Assembly (NCBI RefSeq): GCF_036971445.1
Contig: NC_091474.1
Span: 170,686,001-170,750,000 of the forward strand
Origin: Narcine bancroftii
Taxonomy: Eukaryota
Reading direction: 5' to 3'
Length of the DNA: 64,000 nt
Shown: one piece after another, positions 35,204-49,672 of the stretch
Layout of the letters: each line of letters opens with the position of its first letter
Numbering within the stretch: position 1 is the first letter of the stretch
The notes under the pieces: generated by a model
Told to the model about the DNA's origin: nothing
What the model saw: only the letters and a program-made list of their open reading frames with translations
Databases searched by the model: none
Made by a program: the position numbers and the translations under genes

Positions 35204-35654
35204 TCAAATCAAGTTAGGCGTCATTGATGGTAAGGGAAACAGTTATGTTAAAATATAATCATTTGTTTGGATTAACTATTACATTCAAGATCATTTTTTT
35301 TCCTTAATAGAATGTTTTGTTTTTGGCGACATTTGGTGAACCTTTTCGTAGCTTCAGTCAAGATGTTCTGTGAATTATGATTTAATCCCTGCTTATAGGA
35401 ATTATCATGATCGTGCTTCTGTTCATTTCACGATGATGGAGCTTATTACCATATACAAGTACAATGTACAGATGCACGTAAAGTCTCTAAATTAAAATAT
35501 ACCAAGGCAGAAAAAGAGATAATAAATATAAAAGGATAGATAAATGAATATTCATAGTTGTAGTTAGTGCAAGAAAAAAATTACATTTCAATAGTGCAAA
35601 CAGACCTTTTTGTTTGCATAACCTACATCTGTATGCAAACTTAGGTGCAGGAAT

Positions 35655-38065
35655 ATAGAACCATAAAACACTACAGCATAAAAACTAGCCATTTGGCCCA
35701 TCTAGTCCATGTGGAACAATTATTCCATCTGGATCCTTTAACCTGCACACTGACCATACCCTGACATCCATGTACGTATCCAGATTTCTCTAAAATGTCA
35801 TAATCAAAACTGTATCCACCACTTCTGCTGGCAACTCATTCCACACTCTCACAACCCTCTGAGTGGGTTTCCCTAATGTTCACCTTAAACATTTCACACT
35901 TAAATGATGACCTCTAGTCTTGTCTCATCCTACCTCATTTCCTCTACCACTCATAATTTCGTATACATCCATCAAATTCTCTGACATTCAAGAGAATGAA
36001 GTCCCAACCTACTCAACCTTTCCCTATAACTCAGCTCTTCTTGAAAAATTTCTTGACACTTTTTTCAATCTTATTGATATCTTTTCTGTAGTTAGGTGGC
36101 CAAAATTTTGCACAATACTTTAAATTTAGCCTCACCAATATATTGTACAACCTCAACATAACATCCTAACTCCTCTACTTACTACCTTGATTTATGAAGG
36201 CCATTGTGCAAAAAGATCTCTTTATTACCCGATCTCCCTGTGATACCAATCTCAGGGGATTATGTATTTGTATTCTCAGATCGATCTGTTCTACTGCACT
36301 CCACAGTGCCCTACCATTTACTGTGCAAGTCCTAACCTGTTTTTCCTTCCTAGTGCAACACCTCACACTTATGTAAATTCCATCTGTCATTTTACGGGCT
36401 GTTCTACCTGGTCCAGATCCTGCTGCAAGCTTTGAAACCCTTCCTCATTGTACATTAAACCTCCCCAATCTTGGTGTAATCTGCAAATTTGCTGATTAAA
36501 TTTACCACATTATCATCCAGCTCATTGACTACAATGGGCTCAGCATTGATCCCTGAGGCACACTACTAGTCACAGGTCTTCAGTCAAAGAGACAATCATC
36601 TACTGCCACTCTTCAGTTTCTCCTGCAAAGCCAATATCTAATTCAATTTATTACTTTATCCTAAATACTGACTGACTGAACCTTGCTAACTAACGTCCCA
36701 TGTTGGACCTAGTGAAAGGGTTTTCTAAAATCCATAAGGTAACATCCGTGGCCTTCATCAACTTTCTTGGTATCCTCCTCGAAAAGCTCCATAAGATTGG
36801 TTAAACATGACCTGCTACACACAAAGCCATGATGACTATCCCTAATCAGTTCCTGTTAATAGACAATAGACAATAGGAGCAGGAGTAGGCCATTTGGCCC
36901 GTCGGGCCAGCACCGCCATTTTAGATCATGGCTGATCATTACCATCAGTACCCCTTTCCAGCCTTATCCCCATAACCCTTAACTCCGTTACCCACAAGAG
37001 TCTTATCTAACTCTCTTTTGAACATAGTCAGTGAATCCGCCTCTACCACCCTCTGTGGCAGAGCATTCCACAGATTCACACTTCTCTGGGTAAAAAAATG
37101 CTTTCTCATCTCCGTCCTAAAGGGCCTACCCTGTATTCTTAAACTATGCCCTCTAGTCCTCGTCTCCCCCATCATTGGGAACAAGTAATCAGACTTCACC
37201 TTGTCTATCCCCCTGATGATTTTGTATACCTCAATCATGTCCCCCCTCATCCTTCTAAACTCCAATGGATACAAGTCCAGTTTTTCTAGCCTTGCTGCAT
37301 ATGACAACCCTGCCATCCCTGGAACTAACCTTGTAAATCTGCGCTGCACACCCTCTATAGCTAGTATGTCCTTCCTCAAGTTTGGAGACCAGAACTGGAT
37401 GCAATACTCCAGGTGGGGTCTCACCAGGGCCCTGTATAACTGCAGAAGGGCATCTCTGTTCCTATACTCCAATCCCCTCTTTATGAAAGCCAACATTCCA
37501 TTTGCCTTCTTCACAGCTTTCTGAACCTGCATGCTAGCCTTCAGTGACCGGTGAACAAGTACACCCAGATCCATTTGCACTTCCCCACTCCCTAGCTTGT
37601 CTCCAAATACTTATATATCTGGTCTCATAGAATAACTTCCAATAACACCCAGGTTATTCTTGGATCTTTTAAAAAAAATAATACAACAACATTAGCTATC
37701 CTTCAATCCTCTGATACCTCATCCATGGCTAAGGACATTTTAAATATTTGTGTCCGGGTCCCTGCATTTTGTGCAATAACCCCCCCCTCAAGATCCAAGG
37801 AAATACCTCTTCAGGACCTGGTGATTTATCCACCCTTATTTGTCTCAAGACCTCTGTAATCTATATAGGATCTATGCCCTCACTGCTAATTTGAGTGTCA
37901 GTTTCCTGAGTAAATGCAGGTGGAAAATCCCATTTATGATCTCCCCCATCTCTTATAGATGACCATCAATCTTCAAGAGGCCAGATTTTGAACTTTGCTA
38001 TCCTTTTGCTCTTAATATATCTGTAGAAGCCCTTGGATTTTCCTTTACCCTGTCTGCCAGTAGGA
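35655..38065 (-). mobile_element. Degraded CR1 LINE with nested young CR1
   Basis: 3' end ATAGAACCATAAAACACTACAGC; RT remnants (GTGTGCCTCAGGGATCA..., TTTGCAGATTACACCAAG on the minus strand). Confidence 0.8.
36859..37602 (-). mobile_element. Young CR1 3' fragment with intact frame
   Basis: ORF 36945-37580 DLGVLVHRSLK..LYRALVRPHLEYC..LEFRRMRGD; (CTATTGT)n tail. Confidence 0.92.
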
Positions 38066-38494
38066 ATATATCTTTATAAAAACACAATAAATGCTGGAGG
38101 AACTCAACAGGTTACGCAGCATCCTTAGGAGGTAAAGATATGTAATGAATGTTTCAGGCCTGAGCTCTTCAAGTTCCTCCAGCATTTTTGTGTCTTTACA
38201 ACACAGCTTCTGCAGACTTTTGTGTTTCACTCTCAACAATGGCCCATAAGGTTGATGTTGATGACATGGATTCAATGATGGTCATGCCACCGAATGCCTA
38301 ATCGTGTGATTGTCTCATTGGAAATAGTCATTATGTAGCTCTAGTGCATGGACAGACAGTTTTCATATCAGAATGTTGATAGATGTGAATGTTAAAGCAG
38401 TTCATGATGTTTGAGCTCTAGGCATTGCTCTGAGGAACTTCTATAGTGTCAGATGTTTGATATCTATCAAATACCTGCCAGAAGAGTAATCTTT

Positions 38495-38707
38495 AGTGAT
38501 ACAGCATGGTAGAAGGCCCTTCCAGCCCATGAAACCCATGCACTCCAATTACCTACCAACCCAGTACATTTTGGAGGGTGGGAGAAACTGAAGCACTCAG
38601 AGAAAACCCATGCAGATCATGGGAGACTGTACAAACTCCTTACAGAGAGCACTGGGTTTGAATATAGGTCACTGGTGCTATAAAACATTACGATAACCAT
38701 ACCACCC
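38495..38707 (-). mobile_element. V-SINE/HE1-like SINE
   Basis: Shared SINE core. Confidence 0.7.
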
Positions 38708-39173
38708 ATTCTTTTCTATTGATTTCAGTTTTTATAAAGATGTGTCATGTTACATTCAGTCAAAAGTTGCCTTACTCTATCTCACCTCTTGCATTCAGCT
38801 GCTTTGCCCAGTTTGTTCCAAATATTGATGTCTGAAGCTGGGTAGTTCTAGCAGAATTCAAATTGAGCATCACAGATTTTTTGACAAGCAAATAGCTAAG
38901 AGCAGTTTTGCCCTTGATGGACTCAATGGTAATGGCCCTGTGGCACAATTCAGTTGCAAATCTAGTTCCAGCATGCTACAGAGATCCAGGCTAGGCTCCA
39001 GAGGCACTGCACCAGAGACATGTAATATTTTGTCTGAAGCTTTGATTGTAGTTGCAGAGTATCCCTGGTACAGCTTACTCTGTCATTGGCCTTTGAATTT
39101 TATCCTCTGAAAAAACACAGGAAACTAATGGAATTGCAGACAAAAAAGATAAAATATTAGCAATTGCCAATAG

Positions 39174-39432
39174 AGGGCATGGTTACCATAGCGGTTATTG
39201 CAATGCTATTACAGCACCATTGACCCAGGTTCAAATCCAGCGCTGTCTGTCAGGAATTAGTACTTTTTCCCCAAGTCTATGCGGGTTTCCTCTGGATCTT
39301 CCAGTTTCCTCCCACCCTTCAAAAATGCACAGCGTTTGTGGGTTAATTGTTGATTTAGGTGGCATGAGCTCGTGAGGAGGAAGGTTCTGTTACTATGCTG
39401 TATCTCTAAATTTAAAGATTTAAACATTTAAA
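39174..39432 (+). mobile_element. V-SINE/HE1-like SINE
   Basis: tRNA-like head with GGTTCAAATCC B-box, shared core, TAAATTTAAA tail. Confidence 0.75.
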
Positions 39433-42400
39433 ATGTAGAAGTTTCCAACCACCTGAACGAAATGCACACAAAATTAGCTCAAGTCTTAGCAAGCCTGGAT
39501 ATTGATAAAATATGAGGGATTTGGGGCGGGGGGAGAGAACACTTATTGTAATGGACACAAATTACATGCAGATCAAAGTAGCACACTTTAATTAAATATT
39601 GAATACAGCTTCCAGCTGTTTTAGGTGCTGGTACCTTGGTCTGTGAAACAATTCTGAAAATATGCATTCTCAGCAAGAAAATGTATGACTGATTTTCAAA
39701 TTGATCAGCTTTACTTTATAGCTGCAGTTCAAGAAATACTGATTGCAAAATATGCCATGTCTCAGATATTCTGAACACCATTATCCTATTTACCTGGAAG
39801 CTGAAATGAGAGCAGACTGCAGGTTAAGTATATGATTCAGTTAGTTGCTGAAGCTGAGTAATTTTATTTCCATGTCTATAGTTGCCTACATATTTCAACT
39901 GACAATAAATGAAATTATTTACATTCATTAATGTTGAATATGACTGCAATTGTGGATTTATGTCTCTCAAGGGTGGCTCATCATTCCTACCCCTTAAGAA
40001 GTTTTTTCTTGGGAATCCATTTGAGCCTAAAACTGAAGTATGAAAGGGGATTCTAATGGATTTGACTAAGGAGTAACAAGCAACAAATACTTGCTGCTTT
40101 GAGTTTTTCATTGTTTCCTCTTTAAGCTAATAAAAAATATTTCTTGCTGCCTCTTCTGTTTCCTTCTACTCCCATGTCCACAATGCCACCACCTCTCCTG
40201 ACTCCCACCAATCATGTAGAATTCCACATGTTCTGCTTTTCAGTCCCACGCAACATTGCGCATAGGCTAAGCTGAGACTGGCATTGGAATTATAATTACA
40301 CTGAGGCATAGCAGCTGCCTTGTGAAAGGAAGCTCTGACTGAAGACCAGGTTTGAAGGGGAACAGAAGTCCTGAGAAAAACCTTATCATTTTGGGGGAGG
40401 AAGGCTGACCATTTTGAGAATGACCTCCAAATCTTTGAGGGTGAAATTATTCCTTTGTGCTCTATGTCTGGGTGGAAAGTCGAAGACAGAGGGAATACAT
40501 TCTGAATTCAACCCATCTATAAGTGTGATAGCTGCAAAACTGCTGACCGGCATTTTCTGAGTATATAGCATGTCCACATGCAGCAGATTAAACTGCTTCG
40601 TATGCTGATTATGTAGCTAATTTAGCAAAGTCATGTTTGTCAGGGCCTGAGATATTTAAACACTGTTCATTTTATTAAAGTCAAAAGCAGCCACATTAAA
40701 AGCACCATTAGAAGCTCATTGTTATATAGTCAGGATAATGTGAACTATTTTGTAACCACGTAAGAATACACCCTTCTCACTGTAGTTTCTGTAATGCACC
40801 ACTATGGGGCATATGTATATGTCTTTGAGTGTGCGTGAACAGTTTCCTGAGATGGTGGAAGACATCAGCAAGTAAACTCTCTTCTGTTATTTGAATCTTG
40901 CATCTCTAAGTTATTTAATAAGCCTCCCAAGTAACACAGAGACATTACATGGTGGCAGTGGTATAGAGAGTAAATTCACTAGAGATCAGGGGGAGGAAGG
41001 GTTAGAGGGAATTAGATGTGGGAAGGGAAAGTATATGTGTAGTATTTTATGGTGTAGTATATGGTGTAGTATTTTATGTTGTCTTCATCTTTTTTCTTTT
41101 TCTCCCTTTCGTCGAATCTTCTTTCTTTTACTTACCCCCAGGGGCTTGTGGCCTTTGTCTCTGTTTTATTTTCTCAGGGTTTGTCACGGGCCCGGCGGGC
41201 TTGAGCAGATGGCTTGATGAAAAAGGTTGGCCGAGAACAGACATGGGGCAATGGAGGCATGGAGGGAGCACAGATCTGGAGGTCCTCAGGTCAATGACCA
41301 GGAGCATAAAATATATTAGTTTTAATGTTAATGGATTGAACAAGTCAATAATTAGGAAATGAGTCTTGGCACACATTAAAAAATGGGACTGGATCTGGCC
41401 TTTCTCCAAGAAACACATTTAATGGAGTGGGAACACCAAAAGGCAAAAAGGGGATGAGCATGTCAAGTAATATCCTCCTTGTTCACACACAAGGGGGGGG
41501 GGGGTGGCAATTTTGATAGGGAAGTGTGTTCCAGTGAGAGTACAGAATGTGACCAAAGACAAAATGGGAAGATTTGTAATGGTGCACTGTCAGATATATT
41601 CAGAATCCTGGACTATAGTAAATGTATATGCCCCCAACTTTGATAATGAAAAGTTCATACAAAGCACTTTCCTAAGATTGGCAGAAGGAAATGAGATCAT
41701 CCTAATTGGGGGAGATTCTAATTTTTGTCTGGATCCCATCTTAGATAAGTTAACATAGCGATGAGGGCTACAATTGGCTCTATGAAGGAGCTGAATTTGA
41801 TAGACGTGTGGAGGTGGAAATATCCAAGGGAGAGGGATCATTCCATCTACTCAAAACAGCTGACTCCTATTCTAGAATTGACTTTTTCCTGGCTTCAGCC
41901 CATATAGAGGGTAAGGTCATGGAAGCTGAGTACACAGCAAGACTTCTCTCAGATCACTCACCCCTGACACTAACAATAGAAATGTTAGATAAGCTGCATA
42001 CTGCATACAGATGGCATCTTAATGTGTCGCTGTTAAAGAAGCCGGAGTTTGTAGTTTTATAAGAACACAGATCGACTTATTTTTAGAGGACAACTGTACC
42101 TCTATGCCAGATAAATTCCTCCTACGGGATACCCTCAAAGCATATTTGAGAGGCCAGATAATTGCATACACCAAGACAATGAAGGAAGAATATGAGGGAG
42201 GTGGATGAAATGGAACAAGAAATTACTCACTTAGAAAAGGATTATTAAAAATCAGACACAAAGGACCACTACAGGGCTCTAGCAAACAAGAAAATGAAAT
42301 ATAATATGCTTCAAATGTATAGCATGGAAAAGGCCATAATATGGTCAAAATAAAAATACTATGAATTAGGGGAGAGAGCCCATAAAATCCTCTCTTGGCA

Positions 42401-43342
42401 GCTGAAGGCAGAACAGGCCTCAAGGACAATCAATGCAAAACAAACTGGGAATGGCAGGACCACATAAACCAAAGGAGATTAATGAGATCTTCAGGGAATT
42501 CTATGAGTGTCTATACAAATCAGAGCTAATGGGGGGGGGGGGGGGTCTGATAAAGTCAACAGGTTCCTGTTCAAATTAGAGTTTCCAAATTTGGACCTAA
42601 AAGAACAGGAAAGCCTAGATCCTCACTTCATGGAGGAAGAGATAGGGAAAGCATTAAATTCACTGCAGACTAACAAGTCTCTAGGGGAGGATGGGTTTCC
42701 ATCTATAGGGAATTAAAATATTTACAGGTACCCCTCTATATGGGGGCGGTGAACCAAGCAATGGAGACACATACCTTCCCAGAATCTTTTTCGTCAGCAA
42801 TCATTTCAATGATACTTAAAAAAGACAAAGATCCTCTATTGCTGCCCTCCATAGACCTATCACACTGTTAAATACAGATTATAAGATACTTGCCAAAGCC
42901 TTGGCGTATAGATTGATGAAATATTTGCCAAAATTAATAAACAAAGACAGGCAGCGGACAATATTGGCAGTCTGCTGAGTATAATGCTTCTGGCACAAAC
43001 CAGAAATGGGAGAGGTCTGGCTGTGGCCCTGGATGCAGAGAAGGCATTTGACAGGCTAGAGTGGATTCTCTATCCAAAGTGCTGGAAAAATTAGGGTTAG
43101 GGGCAACTTTTACAAATTGGATAAGGTCAGTGCATCATGTGGCCAAGGCTAAAGTTGTGACCAACAGACAAATTTCTCCAGCATTCCCACTGATACGATC
43201 AAGTGGACAAGGATACCTGCTGTCTCCGGCCCTGTTCATATATGCCATGGTGCCATTAGCCGAAGCCATTCATCAGGATCCAGACATTAAAGGTTTTAGA
43301 GCAGGCCAGGAAGAACATAAAATCAACTTATTCGCAGATGAC

Positions 43343-43462
43343 GTATATGACTTTGGGTGTGCGTGAACGGTTTCCTGAGATGGTGGAAGACATCAGTCAG
43401 TAAATTCTCTCCTGTTATTTGAATCTTGCATCTCTAAGTTATTTAATAAGCCTCCCAAGTAA
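43343..43462 (+). repeat. 120-bp piece of the host Gypsy LTR inserted in L1 ORF2 just after FADD
   Basis: Matches 40816-40934 with ~7 differences; L1 reads ...FADDV | insert | IYLTDP. Confidence 0.9.
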
Positions 43463-45250
43463 TATATCTGACAGACCCAGCGAACTCATTGTCCAGACTG
43501 TGAAGGACTATGGGGAAATCTCTGGCTACAAGGTTAATTGGAATAAGAGTGAAGTAATGCCACTCACTAAGAGGGACTACAGTTAATGTCAGCAAAATAG
43601 CTATCTAAAGTGACCACAAAACGGGATCAAATATCTAGGAGTTACAATAGATAACAACTTGTATAATTTATATGTTGAATTATACCCACTTGCTTGAAAG
43701 AATCAAGGAGGACTTAAATAGGTGGATGTCCCTGCCAATAACCTTCATGGGTAGGGTCAATTGTATTAAAATTAATGTGTTGCCGAGGCTTCAGTACCTC
43801 TTCCAGACATTGCCTGTGGCATTGCCACGGGGATTCTTCCAAAATATGCTCTCACAAGATACATTGCCTCATTCTTTGAGGGAGGAGAGGTACCATCCTG
43901 GGCACAAATTGGCCTGCACATGGTGGGTGAGAAGGTGGTAGAGGACTTTATTTATAAATGGAATGCTAAATTGTTATCTGGAAAAGTAGACAGCCCTATA
44001 TTAAAACAAATCATCACTATTTTGAATAAAATAACCAATATTTAGGTATCAAGTGGGGCTGTCCCCAAAAACACCCCTGACTCAGAATAGATTAATACCA
44101 TTAATGGTAGGTAACAAGATTCTGGACACCTGGCATTGGAACGGCATCAGGTGTATACAGGACTGTTACAAGCGGGGCAACTTTTGCTATTTAAACAACT
44201 CAGACATAAGTATGGTTTATCAAACAAGATGTTCCACTGCTACCTTCAGATAAGATATTTTTTACAGGACAAATTAGGTCTAACCATGGCCCCGCCAAAA
44301 TGCAGCGACATAAGAGACCATGATTCAAAGGGGGAACACACGGAAGTTCATCTCCTGCTCCAACTGGAAGGATCCAAACCTGGCCTTCACAAATCAAGAA
44401 AGAGGTGGGAGTCAGACTTAGGAATAGTGATTGATGAGCGGTGCTGCTCCGACCTAAGTTGGACCAGCATGACTACAACCATCAACGCGTGGTACAAACT
44501 AGTGCAATACAATTTTATGCACCAGTTGTATCTGATGGTTAAAAAATTGAACAGATCTAAATCAGAATTGCCAGATCTATGTTTCAGATATGGCGTTGAG
44601 ACGGGAATCTTTGTACACACAACCTGGACATGTTCCAAGGTGAGGCCCTTTCGGGTGGTGCTAGGTCAAGTCCTAGGAAACGTTATAAGCAAAGAATTCC
44701 TGCAGGACCCTGAGTTGCTCCTGTTGGGAAATATAATGGACATAAGACTTACAATTAAACTGTTCAAATTCCAAATTCAATTTGTGATAATCGTATTTGC
44801 AGTTGCCAGGAAGTGCATAGCGGTTACCTGAAAATCTGACTCTCACTTGGGAATTGTGTGCTGGAATCCAGAAATGCAAAGCTGTGTTCCCCTGGAGAAA
44901 ATCACTTACAACTTAAGGGAAAAATACGATACTTTAAAAAAAAATTGGTAACCGTATTTAAAATTCATGGGAGCATAACTATAGGTAGATCATTTTGTCT
45001 CACTGCCCCACCTTACCTGCCTACTCCTCAGCTGTTTGGTGGTTGGGGGGGGGAGTGCACAGGGGCCCAACTCATCCAGACCAGGTAAAGTCAAGAAAAA
45101 ACAGCTTGGGCTCTGACCACCATGCCCTGACAAACTTACAAAATCCAGACAGATGTTTCATCCCTTTGTCATGAATGTCTTTAGTGTCCTATGTAATTCT
45201 GATTACTTAAAACGTCTAGTGTTGAATATGCGGGTTGGGGAGGAAAGGAG

Positions 45251-45481
45251 TGTAATGATATGGTTGTATATACAGGCTGGCCCGCCCTCCTGATGACATC
45301 CTCTCCTAGACTCCTCCCTGATCTCCTCCCATGTGACCCAGGCCATAAAGGTCAAGTCCCCTCTCCCTTTCCTCATTTTCCCTAGCCTTGACCCAGGCCA
45401 GCAGTCTCTTGTGTAATAAAGCCTATCGTTCCCCTCAGTCTTTGTCTCTGTAATTATTGGGGTCACTGGTAGCGCCCAACA
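45251..45481 (+). mobile_element. Solo LTR of a third family
   Basis: TGTAA...CAACA, AATAAA at 45415, TSD AGGAG at 45246-45250 and 45482-45486. Confidence 0.85.
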
Positions 45482-45693
45482 AGGAGATAAAAAGAGCTTG
45501 AACTCTGCAGAAACTGTACAAAATGGACAATTGTAAATTGTTATCAATGCTGACCAAGTTTACATTGATACTGATAATGTTGATAACTGTTTGAGTTCAA
45601 GACTGAAAAATCATAAAAAGAATAAAGCCATACAATTAATTGTAAGTCACTGAAATATGAAGGGGAAGAAGAGAAAAAAACATTTCTGAAAAA

Positions 45694-48600
45694 AATGGCT
45701 GGAGCAACAGCAGTTCACCCAGTGATGGACGGGGAGGCTGAAGACATTGTTGAATCGTTTAAAAGGTTTCAGCAAAAGTGCAATTTAGCATTTAGAAGCT
45801 ATTTTAAAAATGCAACAGTAGAGGAGATAATCAGTTATCTACTTCTCTAGACAAGGGGGCAAGGCCTTGACTTATTTAATAGCTGGGAGCTTACAGAGCT
45901 GGAGAAAAATGATCCTGAGCAGATATTTGCAAAATTTGCTTCTCACCTTGAACCCAGGTCTAATCCTGGAATTAAATGCTATGAATTTCAAGGCTTAATG
46001 CAAGAGACTGATGAAACTGTTGATAACTTCCTCACTAGACTAAAAATTGTTGCAGCAAAATGTAGATTTAAGGATGTAGAGGAAAGATACTTGATCAATT
46101 AATTTGGGGGAGTGCCCATCCTGAAGGGCAAGTCTCTTTTAGGGAAGGATAGCTAGAAGCTGGCCAAAGCTATAGACCCAGCCAGAGCCTTCGAAGCTAC
46201 GAGGACACAAATGAAATCCCTATCTATGCAGACCCACCCACAGTGAAGAGAAGGAAGGGTTGATGCAAAAAAGAACACATTCAAAAAGGTGCAAACCCCA
46301 AGACCTGCAGGAAGTGCAGTAGACAACACCCTTTCGATGACCTGCAAAGAATTCCTGCAAATGCCCTGCATACAGTTCTGAATGTAGAGCCTGTGGTAAA
46401 GCAAACCACTGAGCAAAGATTTTCAAGTCTGGTATGAAGAAAACAGTAATACCAGTGAAGAAAAATGACAAGAGGATCATCCACCACACAAAAGGAAACA
46501 ACAATGAGGAATCTGACACCCAGATACTGGACATAGAATCCATACACCTCCATGAGATATCGGGTGAGATGAAAGAAGGAAGTAAGATGCATGCAAGGAT
46601 CTAAATACAGAGGACAATCCTGAACAAGCCTACGATATTTAACCTAAAGGTGAAGCTGGATATTGGATCACAAAGCAACATCCTTCTACTCAGACTCTAC
46701 CGCCAGATGTTCCCACAAACATAATTAAAGGGAATCCAAAAGACGGTGCATTGGAAACAGCAAATATTACATTAATGGCCTATGGTGGACTTATGATCAA
46801 GCAGCTATGGAGAGCTAAGATCAATGGCTGCCATAAGGGAAAGAACATCCTCTGTACCTTCTACGTGGTAGACGCAGACAGACCAGCAATTCTAGGTCTG
46901 GATAGTTGCCAGGAGTTGCCATTGATCTGTCAATTATGAGATCCAGATGAAGAAGATATCCAAAAAGATCAACAGAGACACTCCATAGGAGAACCAACCT
47001 CCAGTCATAAACAAAGCTGAGTTCATGAGCATGTACCTGGAATGCTTTGATGATTCAGTTGGATGGTTTGGAGACTTTGAATATCACATTACCATAGATT
47101 CAGACTGAAAACCAGTCATCCCTGCTCCAAGGAAAGGTCTACTAGAGCTTAAGAAGAAGCTGGAGCTGAACTAAAGGACATGGAAAGGATGCAGGTCAGA
47201 GCCAAAGGGACTGAGTGACTGACGAGGTAAATTCCATAGGCTCAAAAAAAAAACAAAATGGCCAGATGAGAATGTGTCTAAATCATAAAGACAAATCAGA
47301 CAATAAAAATGGGTCACTGCCTAACACCAACACTAGAAGACATCACAGTGGAACTAACAGGATCCAAAATCTTTAGCCAGCGAGACACTAAGAATGGATA
47401 CTGGAATGTGAAACTAGATGAGAAATCAACACTACTAAAAATGTTCAATACTCCATTTGGTCATTACAAGTTCCTGCGGCTACCTTTTGGCTTAAAGGTG
47501 AGCCAAGACGTGTTCCAACAGAAAATCGATGAGACCTACAGAGGGTGTAAAAGTGCTGTTGGCATTGTGGACGACATCCAGGTTTTTTTGACAGAGATGG
47601 AAAAGCTCATGATCTTCATCTACACGAAGCCATGGAGAGAACAAGAGGAGCTGGAATTAAACTTAATGCAGACAAATGCATTATAAAAGAGAAGTAATGC
47701 CAATTCTTCAGAATAGTGTACACTCCTGATGGGGTAAAGCCAAGCCCAGAGAAGGTTAAAGCCATTGGCGAGATGGTGCACCCAAAGGACTAAAAGGAAC
47801 TCAGAAGTTTCCTTGGGTTGGTCCAGTACACGAGTTCCTTCATACCACATATGTCAGATGACACAGCAAACATCAGAGGGTTGCTGAAGGAAATCGTAGA
47901 ATTTCACTGGTCACCATCACATCAGAGAAGTTTTGACCAGCTCAAAGAAATAAAATGCAGAGAAGTTGAGTTGAGATACTATGATAGAGAAAAAGCCCTC
48001 ACTCTGCAAGTAGATGCATCTAATAGAGGGCTTGGTGCAGCATTAGTATAAGAAGGAAAATCAATAACGCTTTCCTCAAAAGCACTAACAACCGTGGAGA
48101 CCAGATATGTGAATATTGAGAGAGAACTGCTGGTGGTTGTATATAGATGCGAGATGTTTCACAAGTTTCTGCGTGGAAGAAAGTTTATAGTGGAAAGTGA
48201 TCATCGCCCACTGGAACACATCCAGAGAAAGAACCTAAACAAGGCACCAGCTAGACTGCAGAGATTACTTCTACAACTGCAATGCTGCAACTTTGACTTA
48301 AAATACATACCAGGCAAAGAGATGGTGCTTGCTGATACCTTGTCACGACTTTCCCCGAATGAAAAATATGACATTTAAGACAAGAGGATCAAGATATATC
48401 ATGTCGTGAGTATGACCAGTAATAAATTAAGCCAGATCAGAGAAGAAACCAGTAAAGACGATATGTTGCAAATGCTTTCTCAACAAGTCATACAAGGATG
48501 GCCAGAGAGGATAAAGCAGAAACAGCCTTCAATATGTAAATATTAGTCTATCAGAGATGACATATCGTTGGAGAATGGTGTTCTGCTGGCTGAATCAATA

Positions 48601-49672
48601 TTGACTATACCTGAAACAATGCAGAAAGAGATTCTCCAGAAAATATATGAAGGTCACATGGGAATGGAGAAATGCAAACTCAGAGTGAAGTCAGCCGTGT
48701 ACTGGACTGGTATATACAAAGACATCAAAAATATGGTGGCTACATGTCAAATATGCCAAAAGTACAGAAACACACAACAAAAAGAGGAAATAATTTCCAC
48801 AGAAGTACCTGCCAGGCCATGGCACATGGTGAGAGCAGACTTGTTCACCGAGAATCAAGAGAGGTATTTAATAGTAGGCTGTTACCATTCGTCAAAAGGG
48901 TGAAAGACCTGAAAGGGTCAACTATTACCTCAGAAATGAGAGCACTCTTTTCTGAACAAGGAATACCCCAGCAAGTATTATGTGACAATGGAACACAGTT
49001 CATCTCACAAGAATTCAGAAAGCTGGCTGCAGAGTATGGGTTTGTTATCACTATATCATCCCCATGCTACCCCAAAGATCATGGGTTCATTGAAAGACAA
49101 GTGCAAACTGTGAAACGCACACTAGTTATGTGTCGTGAAACAAAAGAAGTCCCATATCTCGCTCTTCTATCATTATGAGCAACATCCTTAAGGGCTGACA
49201 TGAAGTTTCCAACAGGAGATACAAAACAACTCTGCCAAGCAAAATATATCCTCCGGAAGACCAGGAGGAAACCAGAAGAAGACTGGCTGACACATAAGAA
49301 GGACGCCAGCATCATAACAAATTTCCAGAACTCTTCAGAGGGCAGCATGTGCACATTCAGGAGCTGATGTTGAAAACATGGATCCCAGCAAAGGTCATCA
49401 GAGAAGCTGAGACACCAAGATCAGACATTGTCAAGTCAGACTTTGACAATCAGCTGAGAGGGAACAGAATTCACATCCGGCCGACACAAGATGTGATGAA
49501 GCAGAAACCTTTAATACCAGCAAAGTCTGCAACACCAATATCAAGTGAAGAGACCACAACCACTAATACCAAAACACAGCAGTTGTCAGGTGAAGCACAA
49601 CAAGCTACATCACCTACATGTGCACCAGCAAGACAGAGCCCAATGGTCGCAACCAAATCCACAAGGTGGTGA
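45694..49672 (+). pseudogene. Degraded Gypsy gag-pol
   Basis: MAGATAVHPV.. gag start; KLDIGS protease; FNTPFGHYKFLRLPFGL..IVDDI RT; QVDASNRGLGA RNase H; EGHMGMEKC, CDNGTQF integrase. Many stops and frameshifts. Confidence 0.9.

Larger units (their letters stand above)
40988..45570 (+). mobile_element. L1-clade LINE: inter-ORF spacer + degraded ORF2 + 3'UTR, no visible poly(A)/TSD
   Basis: ISFNVNGLN, LQETH, NVYAPN, GGDSN, SRIDFFL, LSDHSP, DAEKAFD, LFADDV, KYLG and C-terminal C..H..WTC motifs. Right boundary uncertain. Confidence 0.88.

Noticed and set aside
39174-39250. tRNA gene
   Set aside because: It is a degenerate tRNA-derived SINE head followed by the SINE core, with no cloverleaf.
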